The translations under genes were made by a program, and so were the position numbers. 64,000 bases of DNA from the human T2T-CHM13v2.0 reference genome, Homo sapiens. The DNA lies in NCBI RefSeq assembly GCF_009914755.1, contig NC_060933.1, one strand, 5' to 3'. Of the stretch, positions 40,101 to 52,999 are shown piece by piece (position 1 is the first letter of the stretch; each line of letters begins with the position of its first letter). The notes under the pieces were generated by a model. That model was not told where the DNA came from. It was given only the letters and a program-made list of their open reading frames with translations, and made no database searches.

Positions 40101-40479
40101 CCCAGAGCAACTGAGGGCTGGTCTTACATTGTGGACAGGGCGACTTTCCACATGGCTAGGCCTCAAGCCAAAGGATCTAAGGAGGAGAACTCCTGGCATC
40201 CCACTCAGGGAGGGGGCAGGCATTTGTCTTGGTCATAGCTCCCTCCCTTCCTCTTGCAACTCCTGATGCCCTCAGAGACTGGATCCCAAACCCCAAACCC
40301 AGAGAATGCCACACAAACACTGGGTGTGTGGGTCTACACCAGGTCAGCATGAGGGGACTTCTGCTCTTGTCTAACACAGTTAAGGGAGACCTCATGGTCA
40401 GTCCAGTGGGAGCCTGGAAATAACATCTACATTAGGAGGACACTGGAGCAGGGCATCAGGGTACCCACTGGGTAGCAGA

Positions 40480-40925
40480 ACCTCAGAACTCAGTGCCCTG
40501 AGACTGATTTTCGTGGGTCAGGGATTAGGGCAGGGCATGGCTGGGCAATTCTTCAACTTCAGGTAGCATGGCTGAGCCAGCGTGCTGGCATTCTGCCGGA
40601 AAATGAGTGTCTGAGTATCTAAACTGTATTTATTTTCGTGTCTGGGGTGTTGATGGGGTGGTGGCAGGTGGGGATCAGCTAGGGCCATGGCTCAGAGAGC
40701 TTCAGCACAGCCTCTGGGGGTGGCCCACTTCCTGATGGTGGCTCAGGATTCCCCGAGAGGGAAGAGGACATGGCTATTTCCTAACGCCTTGGCCCAGAAC
40801 CTGGCTTCATGTCTTGGCACTTTTGCCAGACTTTACTGGTCAAAGTAAACCCCGAGTCATGCAGATTAAGGGGAGGGCACGTCAACATGCCCTCGGTGGG
40901 GGCCTATGTCAAAGGACTGGTGGCT
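40480..40925 (-). mobile_element. Old MLT1 LTR remnant
   Basis: GTGGGTCAGGGATTAGGGCAGGGC..GGCTGGGCAATTCTTC. Confidence 0.5.
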
Positions 40926-41629
40926 GTCTCTCATCCCTCACTCGGAAGCTCAACCCAGAGAGGATGTACAGTGTGCTAGAAACAGAGAAGCCCCCACCTG
41001 AGACAAATTGGCTTTATTCCTCCTCCCAGGGTGGCCGAGTGACATGGAGAGTGGTGCAGGCACAGGGCATTGGTGCATCAGAGGGACCCTGGTGAGGAAA
41101 ACCAAGACGCGTGTAAGGAGCTCAACTCCGGCAGAGATGCTTTTCTGTGGCCAGGGTGTTTCCGTTCCATGGTTTCCTGGTAGCCTCCCCAGCCCTGCTC
41201 TTCTCCACTCCATGTGTACCCCACCTCTACCCCCCATTAACGTAAGGACTGTCTTACCTTACGGAGCAGCCAGCGAAGTCAGAGCCACCCGCCCACTTCC
41301 AGCAATGCTGCTCCCCGGCCAAGAGGGCCTCTGCCAAGCACTGCCCGGATCAGAGCTGCGGTTCCTGAGCCTGTGGAGGATGTGGGGAAGCTGTCCAGGG
41401 CAGAACAAGCCCTGTGTGCTCCCCGCCTGCTCCTTCTGCAGTGTGGGGCATGTCATGGCCTAAAGGACTATTTAGAAAACTCATGGGGACTTTGTAATGG
41501 ACCAAAAGGGAAAGCCAGTTGTGATGAAGAGGGGGCCCGAAGAGTGTATGTTGGTGTCATCATTAGTGTTGTGGTGGAAATGCAGGTGGGAAGTCCTGTG
41601 GCTTCCATATAACCCTGGCCTGTTAAGAG

Positions 41630-41771
41630 CACATGTACCCTAAAACTTAAAGTATAATTAAAAAAAAAGTTTTAAAAAGAAAAAGAATCCCACTGCTTTG
41701 TTTTGGCCCTATTTGTCCACTTTTTCAATATGCCATAGAAATAAAAGGAATGACAAATCAAAAAAAAAAAA
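41630..41771 (+). mobile_element. Extremely 5'-truncated young L1PA with 3' transduction and second poly(A)
   Basis: CACATGTACCCTAAAACTTAAAGTATAAT + A tract + unique ~70-90 bp + AATAAA (41740-41745) + poly(A); TSD AAGAG. Confidence 0.85.
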
Positions 41772-42065
41772 AAGAGTGTGCGACAGCGTGGGGTGTGTTG
41801 ACGATGCTGAGTGCCGGTTCTGAGAGGAGCCTGATGCCTGGCAGCTTTTCCAGGAACTGCACGCCCCTGGGGTCCTGAAGACTGCTCAGGACTTGGGACT
41901 CAGATCCGCCTGAGGCTTCTCTTCCTTCTCTGTCTTCCCCCTCCTCCTTCCCTTGCAGGCCTTGCTGAGGCTCCTAAATGAACTTTGCTGTCCATACAGA
42001 CCCATGTTAGCTGTAAACATATTTCTGGTCACTTAAATTACTACCGATTTGCAGCCAATGAATAG

Positions 42066-42662
<597 letters not shown>

Positions 42663-44495
42663 TAATGTCCAGTACTCTCTGTGACATTTGGTCCAAAGAC
42701 TTCTGATCTGCACACATAAGATTTTAAAAACTGGCCCCTTCCCCATCCCTTCTTCTCTAGCCTTGTTAAGTAGGTAGCTAGCCCAGAAATTGCGCGGTTG
42801 AAAGTATTCATTGAAAGTTAGATTATACTAAGTAAGCAGGCACATTTTTTTGAAGCAAGCTTTATAATCCTTTAGATGATTAAAAAACAGTAAATAAATT
42901 GGTTTTTCTTTGACTTCAATTTATTTTGAAGAGATAGAGAACATGGGTCATGGCACCAAATTCCCTGCTGTGTGTCCCATGGATGATCAAGAACGTTGGC
43001 CAGATACCTTTTTCTAAACAGATCCTACCCCTGCTTCTTAGGAAGGGACTGGTGGGAGCCAGCCTGGGTCACCCTGCCTGCTCCCTGCCTTGCCCTCTGG
43101 AGCCAATCCTGTACCTTTCTGTAGGTGACAGCCCAGCCCCAGAGACTCTGCTGCCTTTGTGCTGTGTTTTCTGTGAATGTAGGCATGGTCCAACGTGCAC
43201 AAAAACATCAAGGCAAAGGAGAAAACAGCTCTTCAAATGCCCTTAAAGACCACACCATGTCTTGGTGATTTTGCATTCAGGCCCTAGCCCACTTTGTTTG
43301 TTTCACAACTGGAACCTCAGTGACAAATGGCTGAGGCTTGGCAGAAAACTGTGTCCAGGGATGCTCCGGCCTCTTTCCTGTACCTGTGTCCTTATGGCAC
43401 ATGCTGTATGTACTCGACTATTTGCTCTCACAGTGGAAAGTACACCAGAGGCTGCTAATGTATTTACTTAAGGGAGACCAAAGAAATGGTGCTGAGAACA
43501 TCTCACATGTTATGTGATTGTGTGTGCTTGGTGTGTCTATCTCCTTGGGATATATGTTCTATGGAAAGGAAATCAGTGCACGGGGCCCTTAGGAAATGCA
43601 GGGGGAGGTGAACAGCAATGCGTGCATCCCCGCCCGCACAGTGGGCATGGGTGCTCTTGCGGCTGTAGAACTTGCTCAGTGAGAACCCCCGTACCCACTC
43701 ACCTGAGCACATGCTTCTGAAAGTCCCCAGTGCAGCGCTGTGTGGGTGCTCAACGTGAGTCTCTACCACCTGGCTCAGAGTCGCCCTGAAAAGCTGTGCA
43801 CAACCAGGGAAATACAACGGAAAACAATAAGCTATCTTTCCTTGGAAGAACGGCTGAGGGGCTGGGCCACCTTTTAATTACCTTTTCCCTGTGAATGGTC
43901 CTCCGCTACAAGTTACCGTGGCCAAAAAGAGGGCCCCTTAGTGGACTCATGGGGCCTGGAAGATGAACGCTGGGCTGATGTTGAGGGATTAAGCATTGAT
44001 TCCTTAAGGCCTCAGGCAGCTGCAAGCCTGGAGATGGCCTTTCATTACCAGGCAGAGGGCCTAGCATTCAGTTGAATGCATTCACACAAGGTTCTGTTTG
44101 TGACTACACCAACCATGTGGGGCTTACAGAAGATGGTGAACGGATGAGAGAGATGTGGGAAGGTGGTGGTTCTGAGCCCTTACCACACATTAATTTGAAC
44201 CTCTGGGCTGTGGCCTGGATGTCACTTTGTTTAAATTTTCAGGGTGATTTCCAAGTGTCTCCAGACTTGAAGACCACTGCCTGGTAGCTTCTAGTGGATG
44301 GAGATGATGTGCATAAGCCCTTCTGGTCGAAGACCCCCAGGCCAGATCTTTGGAGGGCCCTTCTTGGTCTTCTTGGAACCAGGTAAATCTACTTCTGATT
44401 GGCAACTAAGAACACCCAAGAGGTGATGATGTGCCAGGGTGGTTTGTGCATATGTTAAGTTGAGTTCTTTCTCATGTCTTTTCTCATTAAAGATA

Positions 44496-44669
44496 TAACA
44501 CGACACAATATAATACAATGCAACACAATAAATTATAGCACAATGCAATGCAGTATGACACAATACAACACAATGCAGTACAATATGGCACAGCCCAGCA
44601 CAACAGAACAGAACACAGCACACTGTAACACAAACACAACACACTGCAACACAACACACTGCAACACAG
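44496..44669. repeat. Degenerate pentanucleotide repeat (ACAAY)n
   Basis: 5-bp periodicity ACAAT/ACAAC/GCAAT/ACAGC. Confidence 0.85.
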
Positions 44670-45306
44670 AAGCCAGGCCTTTGCACTTTTTGGTTTCCCT
44701 GGGGTTTGTCTTACTGAGCCCAAGAGCAGCCCTGTTCTAAGCTTTATCTGCACAATTCTAAACTCCCTGAGGAGGTATGTGGGTTCACCCTGAGGGAGCA
44801 GGGCAGAATAGAGAGACAACACCTCTGGCTGGGGGTGGATTGGGGATAACCAAGGGGGCAGGGAGAGAGCCCAGGATGGAAGGGTTACCTTTAGTGTCTC
44901 ATGGGTTACAGGGGCTTACAGTCAAGGGGTCCTGGGAGGTGGCAGGGTTTCAGAGAGTCATTGGCTCATGGGGCTTTAAGAGGTTGGACCCCAGGCTTAC
45001 CAGGCTGGGCCCACAGCTGTCCCCATGCAGGCTTGGACAACAGAGGAGGATGTCTACATTGTCCACCAGAGCCGACTGACCATCCAAGTACTGCCCCTAG
45101 TGTTCCTGATTGGTTAGGACCTCAGTGACTGAGCACTCCTTGGGGCAAAGTTGTTTGGCAGTGTCCACTAAGGCTCACCAAACACCTACCACAAATGCTC
45201 CATGACCCAGCAACCCCACTTCTTGAAATATACTCAAGGGAAATGAGTGCATATATCTGCCAAAAATATGCACAAAGATGCTGCAGCATAAACAAATTGT
45301 GGCTTA

Positions 45307-45748
45307 TATCATGGGTAGCGACTGTCTGGGACCAGCATCACATGGGCAGTAAAAATAATTTACCAAGACAGTTGTAGGTAGAGAAAGGCTGATTTATTAG
45401 AGAAAATGGGAACATACGTTGCAAGAAAAGAACGTGCAAATCAGCAAGGGAGGAGCTGACTGCAAGGAGCCAAAGGCTTGGTGGGGATTTTATAGGATGA
45501 TGGATGATGCTTGTGCTGGAGAGGGCGACTGCAGTACTGACAACACCAAGGCTGCAGTGAGCTAACTTGCACTGTTCTATCAGCAGAGGTTCTGGTGATA
45601 GCTGGGCACAGGAAGATTATGAGTTATTTGCGCGGGAGGGCTGTGTGTTCTGGATCATGAAGAAAGGCAGACTTAGAGCTTAACTGCTTTTTCTTACTTT
45701 CTCCTGGTCCCACCAGCCTGATTCCTTTTCTCCAGCTAGGACTCCATA
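45307..45748 (-). mobile_element. MER83-like ERV1 solo LTR
   Basis: Minus strand TATGGAGTCCTAG..GAAAAGGAATCAGGCTGGTGGGACCAGG...CTACAACTGTCTTGGTAAATT; flanks GCTTA/GTTTA. Confidence 0.85.
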
Positions 45749-45826
45749 GTTTACCCATCTAATGAAATATTACTCAACTCTAAAAAGGAATGAAGCACTA
45801 ACTCATACTATGACAGGGCTGAATCC

Positions 45827-46132
45827 TTTTGTTTTGTTTTTTTTTTTTTTTTGAGACAGAGGCTTGCTCTGTCGCCTAGGCTGGAGTGCAGTGGTGCGAT
45901 CCTGGCTCACTGCCAGCTCCGCCTCCCGGGTTCACACCATTCTCCTGCCTCACCTCCCGAACAGCTGGGACTACAGGTGCCTGCCACCATGCCTGGTAAT
46001 TTTTTTGTATTTTTAGTAGAGACGGGGTTTCACCGTGTTAGCCAGGATGGCCTCGATCTCCTGACCTCGTGATCCGCCCACCTCAGCCTCCCGAAGTGCT
46101 GGGATTACAGGCGTGAGCCACCGCGCCCGGCC
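45827..46132 (-). mobile_element. AluY
   Basis: TTCACACCATTCTCC, CCGTGTTAGCCAGGATGG, GACCTCGTGATCC; TSD AGGGCTGARTC. Confidence 0.96.
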
Positions 46133-49100
46133 AGGGCTGAGTCTTAAAAATGTTATGCTGAGTAAAAGAAGCCAGACACAGAAGGCCACATGTTATCTGA
46201 TTCCTTTCATAGAAAATATCTAGAATAGGTAAATTCAAAGAGATAGAAAGCAGATTAGTGGTTGCCTGGGGTTTGGGTGTTGGGGAAAATGGGGAGATGC
46301 TGCTTTATGGGGTTTTATTTCGGAGTGTGGAAAATGTTTTGGAATTAGATACAACTTGTGATTGCACAACATGGTGAATGTACTAAGTGACCTTGAATTG
46401 TTCACTTTAAAATGGTTGATTTTATGTTATGTGACTTTCACCTTGATAAATTTAAAAATACTTTAAAAAGAAAAATAAATGACCATAGTAGCTTTATTCA
46501 TAATAGCCCCAAACTGGGAAAGACCCAAATGTCCATTGGTCACAGAATGAATTAAAAAAAAAATGTGATTTATCCACATGCTAGAATTCTATGCAGCAAT
46601 GAAAACAAGTGAGCTTGGCCTCCCTTGATATACCCAATTCTGGATCAACCTCAAAACCTCAGGCTAAGCAAATGAAGCCAGACGCAGAGTGCCACACACA
46701 GAATTAAGTCAGCGTACATGAATATCAAAAGCACACCTAGCTATGGTGGCAGAAGTCAGAATAGTGGCGGTCTTCAGAGGGAATTGTCTGGGATAGTGAC
46801 GTGTTCTGTATGTTGGTGTGGGGACCGTGACCTGGGTGTATACAATGTCAAGACAAATCAAACTGTATTCTAAAGATGGGTGCTCTGTGTTGGATGTAAA
46901 TTATATTTCAATTAAAACAACAGTTTCACATGAAGGGAAAGACACAGTTAGAGAAAGAAAAGCACAAACCATTGTACGAGGAGTCACTGATTCCAGGCTG
47001 GCTGGACACCCACACTAGGGCTGGCTACCTGGCTGGTGGCTCCCTGTGGTCTGGCAACTCCGGAGCTGAAGCTCGGTCCCTCAGCCTCCATGGTATTCTG
47101 CCATTACCTGCTTTGTGCATCTGTTCCCCAGCAGGCCTGGGAGCCCTTGAGTGAAGGAGCCTACTAGTCTCACTCCCGGTGGGGGCCCATCCTGTGGTGT
47201 AGTAGGAGCTTTCGTAAGTGTTTTGGAAGGTCCTGTGGAGCTGGGACTCTCTCAATGTGCATGAGCTGGGAACTCAGGAGTGCCTCTGTGTGTTACAGTG
47301 ACATCAGGGGTCCCAGACAGCCCTGGCAGGCATCCCCTGTGCTGCTCAGCACCTACCTGCTTGCCAACAGGAGCCCTGGGCCAACGCCTGGACCAGACTC
47401 TGAGCATTCTCATTCCAGAGGTGGCCAGCTTCCAGGCCTTGCTCAGCCAACAGCCACATCTCAGGTCCCTATCCCCCAGCCCCTGCCTATAGCAGCCCCT
47501 GTGTGCTGGGGCCTGGACCCCCAGGAAAACCCCGTGAGACCCTCAGCCCCATCCCTGTGCTTTGGGGCATGCCTCTGAACACCTGGAGCCAGGCTTCTCA
47601 CACTTTCCTGAACACCAAGTCACCCCTGGACCCTGTGGAAATGCAAGTATTGACTCAGAGGGTCTGGGGCAGGCTGGAGCCTGTGGTTTTAACCAGCTCT
47701 TGGGTACTGCCATCGCTCTGGTGCAGGGACTGCACTCTGCGTAGGGAGTGTCTGGAAGGCCTGGCGAGCCATCACGTCCCTGCTAAACAATGATAAACAC
47801 ATACACTTATACCTGCAGGAGCAAGCCCATGCATACAGGAGCACGTGTGCACCCCCGTGCAATATTTAAAGAGCCATGAAGCAGATAGCACCATGAGAAA
47901 GACTCCCTGGGCCACAAATGTGCCGGCTCGCACCCCTGAAGTCCTGAGGAATTTTCTCATCACATGACCCGCCCCACACCCTGACTTTCTGGGTTCTCAC
48001 TGCATCTGGAGGTCTGCTGGGGTCAGCTGAGGCTTCCCCTTGGTTTGGAGGCCACGTGGGAACTGTCCTGCCCAGGCCCCGGAACTTTCCAGGCAGCACC
48101 TCCTGCTCCCCTCACAGTTCCCCCAGGCTATTTTTAGGATCCTATTTTTGCCCTGTTTGAAGTTCATGCTGACTTCACCACCTAATTAGAAAGGGCAGCT
48201 CCCTGGAATTATCTGTCCCACATTCTACTCTGTGTACTGTACAGAGCAGAGGTGATCAGATGTCCCCCAGTTGGGGTCAGGTGCCCGGCGTCTGTCCCTC
48301 TTTGCCCGGGTGGAGTGTTTTGGAGCCCACCCCAGTGGCCAGGCCTGAGGCAGGACCTGGTTCTCAGTTTCTCCTGCCCGCCTGCGCTGACCCAGCCTGC
48401 CTGCACTTGCTCTGGGCATGTGGCTCTTGCAGTGGGTCCCAGACCCACCTGGCTCTATCCACAGCCCAGAGCAAGGTTGCGGGAGGCAGAAGGGGATATG
48501 GCTTGTATGGGGCCTGCTCTGGCCAGGTCAACCTGTCAACAGTGCTCTGCACTCCCCAGGGGACGGACTATCACCACAGGGCTTCCACCTGCTGGGCTGG
48601 GCTGTCTCTCCCAGCTCTTCTCACTTGGAAGGCTGGGGGCTCACGCTGCAGTCTTGGATTTCTGTCCTGATGCTGCAGGTCTGGGGGCCTGCACTTGAGA
48701 GTCTCAAAGTCTTTGGAGGGACGCCAGGCCTCCCTCTCACCACCACAAACCCTGCCAGAGTTCTCTGAGCACCATCAGGCAGTATGAGGGTAGAGGGTGG
48801 ACTGTGGGCCCAGGGAAGGCTGAGTTCCCCTCTCTTATTTGTCATTTTCCATGTAATGACAGCAGGTTACTAATTCCTAGAAAGCTCAGTTTCCCAAGGT
48901 TAACCTTACCCATCTCATGGGGATGGTGTGATCATTGAATAAGTTAATGCTCATAAAGCCTCAGGCATAAAGTAGACTAGTAAAAAAGGTTATTTCTTCT
49001 CCAGCCCATCGCTGTCGGGAGGTCTGACTGTCGTGGATGTGGCATCATGGGTCGGGCTGAAGACCTGCCAGTGTGCTCTCTGGAGCCCCGTCCTGACTCC

Positions 49101-50979
49101 TCGGGGCAGTGCTGAGCCAAGCATGGGCCCCAAGGACCTTGTCTCTCCCAGCTCACCTGTGCCCTGGGCCACCCTTGGACAGGTCCAGCCTCCGTTTCCA
49201 TCTGTGAAATGGGTTCTCTGAGTGCTGCACTCAGAGAAATGGGTTCTCTGAGCACTCAGTTCTCTGAGTGCTGCTCAGAGGCCCCTTGAGGTAGTAAATT
49301 AAGCAAGTGTCCGGAGAATTCTGGGGGACCTGGAGACCCCGCACCCTCATGAAAGCTCATGAGGTCCAATCCCCCTTTCAAGGTATGAGCACAGCTCTTT
49401 CCAAATACAAGGAGATTCTTCCCAAAGTGGGTTAACCGGGGCACCCCACTGAACTGGAAATAAACTCTACCGATTGGGCTGAAAGCTGCCCAGAGGTGCC
49501 CAGTTTGGGAGGATCTCATCCACACGGGGGACGGCTCCATTCAGCATGGCCTCCTCTGGACTTTCCATGGCCGCTGTCACCGTTTCTGTGAATATGACAT
49601 TCCCAGCCTGGCACTGGGCTCCTTTCCACCCCGCTGCAAACGTCACGAGAGCCAGGACTGTGCCTCTCACAGGCACATCCCCTGCAGTCCCAGATGCTCA
49701 GCAAGCAGTTATTATGAACAGAGTGCACAAAGGACAAGTGTGGCCCAGCCCTCTGTCCACACATAGGGACACAGGCCCTAACTAGTCCTGCTTCCTTCTG
49801 CCCAGGTCTCTCAGGAACACTCTACTTCCCTCTGGGAAGCACCTGGTGGAGAGGTCTGGGCGACGGGGCTGGGTGAGCAGCAGCCCTACTGCACATCCTC
49901 CTGCTCTGGGCAGACCCTTGAGTGCCTCTTGGATGCTGAAGCAGGCTGCTTACAAAACCAGTGTTAACAAAGGCCCAGCCTGAGGAAGGTGATAGGATCT
50001 GCTCCCGCAGTGTGAGCCAGCCCAGGCTGGGCTGTGTTCAGGGCATCCAGGGAGGAGGCCTGAATTCTACAATTAAAACCTAAATGCAGGAACAATCTAA
50101 ACAACCAGGCTTGGGCATGTCCTGTTTGTTGTGTAAATCCATGAGTCTGGTTTGCATGGCCAAACGCTCCCTGACAGCTGACTGCCAAGTTTCTGTTAGG
50201 GCTTAGACGTGACCTCCTTCAACCCCTGCCTTGTTTGGGTTTACTCTGGGGTTGAAGTCTGACGAACATCTAGATGGGGGCCTCCTGGAGTGGCCTGTCA
50301 CTGTGTCCAGAGGGACATGGGCTTGCCAGCTCCCCGGGCGTCCATGCAGCGGCTCCCCGAGGCCTGGCCAGCTCCTCACCAGCTCCTGCTGAGTGTCTGT
50401 GCCCACGGCAACCAAGAAGTCCTGTGTGTGCCCTGCAATGCTGCTTCTTCTTAGAAACTGCAAACAGAGAGAAAAACTGCCTGGCAGCTTCCGCACTGAT
50501 CTCTTTCTCTGTCCTTTTTCTCTTCACTTTAATTTTTTTTCTTCTACTCTTTTTCTGTCAGAAAGCAGTCAGCAGCCATGTGAGTTACCCCGTGAAGTTC
50601 TCCTGCCTTGGTCTGAGAGGCCCTCGGTGCGTGTTTAGGAACTGCAGCCAGCTAGCCTTCTCCTCTTTATTCAAAAGCCTGATTCCTCCTTACTGCATGG
50701 CAGACCCCCCCAGCGTGCCAGCTGTGCAGGTCCCAAGGGTGCTGAGGGCAGGAGAAGGCAGCTCTGGCAGCTCACGAGGGCATCCATGCACCGCCCCCAT
50801 CTGTGGAGCTGAAGTTTAACGTATCCTCTGGGGCCCCCATCACACCTGCTTTTGATGGCAGAAGGGCAGGCACATGCTCAACTCTTATCCTAAAGCCTTC
50901 CAGCTGGCTACTTCATCATCTGCAGGAGTCCACAGGACTATGGGGGACAACAGCTCCCCAAGGCCCAGACTCCCCCTTA

Positions 50980-51098
50980 GTCGAGTGCGGTGGCTCATGC
51001 CTGTAAGCTGAGCTACTCAGGAGGCAGAGGTGGGAGGATCACCTGAGGCCAGGAGGGGCAACATGGAGGGAAACTGTCTCTTAAAAAAGAAAGAAGGA
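50980..51098 (+). mobile_element. Alu monomer (FLAM/FAM-like)
   Basis: GCGGTGGCTCATGCCTGTAA...GGAGGATCACCTGAGGCCAGGAG..GGCAACAT; single arm. Confidence 0.75.
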
Positions 51099-51420
<322 letters not shown>

Positions 51421-51492
51421 TTAAAAAAAGTTTTATAAAAAAGTAAAATTTAAAAAAGACTAAATAAGTAAGTAAATAAATAAAATGGGTGA

Positions 51493-51959
<467 letters not shown>

Positions 51960-52630
51960 GCTCCATGCCATTTTTTAAAAAATTATGTTTTTCCCTTTAA
52001 AAATTGCTGCAAAGGGCTTCAGATCCACGTGCATAAGAAAGGACATAGAGCGAAGAAGGAAGGCCACCATCTGTGGTCTGGCTACATCCTGAAGTCAATC
52101 AGGCTTGTGCAGGTCCAAACTGGCTGCTTAGGACAAGCTCAGGTATCCTAAGGGCCAGAGAATCTGCTCCTTTTCCCCACGAGCATGGACGTACCCAGAA
52201 AGTGGTGCAGGATAGGTTGGCTCCAGAGGGGAGGAGGCCATCCCAGCAGGCTGAGGATGGTGTGCAGGGTCTGGAAGGTGTGACACTCCCTCATCCCCCC
52301 CGGGGATCAGCTCAGTCCCCCATCCCACCCCATTCTTGCCCTGTGCTTGTGAAGATCCTCTGCCTCATCACACAACTTTCTTTGTCCTATTTCTCCCCTT
52401 GTCAGGTGGCCAAGAACATGGTGTACAGTTCAGAGAGCCTCTCAATATGTTGCTTTAAAGTTGAAGACGGGGCCAGCCCAGGGTATCAGCAGCCTTGGCC
52501 CCTGCTCCATGCACCATTGCAGGCTGGAGCTATGGCGTTTCCCAAAAACCACCTGGACTTCTTACACATAGAAACAGGGTGACCTCCTAGATGGGTAGAC
52601 ATGCTGCCCTCCAGCTGAGGGTTGGGGTGA

Positions 52631-52999
52631 TGGGATGGGCTGAACTCTGTTCCCCCAAATTCATATGTTGGCGTTGAACCCAGGACCTCAGAATGTGAGT
52701 GTATTTGGAGACAGGGCCATTAAAGAGGTAAGGTAAAATAAAGTTATTGCGGTGGGCCCTGATTCAATAGGACTGGTATCCTGGGAAGAAGAGATTAGAT
52801 ACATACAGAGGGATGACCATGTGAGCGTGCAGGGAGAAGACACCATCGGCAAGGCGAGGAGAGGCCTCAGAAGGAACCAGTCCTGCTGACAGCCTCGTCT
52901 TAGACGTTCAGTCTCCAGAGATGTGAGACGATACAGTTCTGCTGTTTGAGCTGCCAGATCTGTGGCACGTTATTACCACGGCCTGAGCTGACCCACACA
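52631..52999 (+). mobile_element. MLT1B/MLT1A-like solo LTR
   Basis: CCCCCAAATTCATATGTTG..ACCTCAGAATGTGAGTGTATTTGGAGACAGGG...GAGAGGCCTCAGAAGGAACC. Confidence 0.88.

Larger units (their letters stand above)
45150..46915 (+). mobile_element. L1ME-type 3' fragment hosting an L1MB 3' end (~45288-46470)
   Basis: CATGACCCAGCAACCCCACTTC resumes as ATAGTAGCTTTATTCATAATAGCCCCAAACTGG after a second complete L1 3' UTR. Confidence 0.7.
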
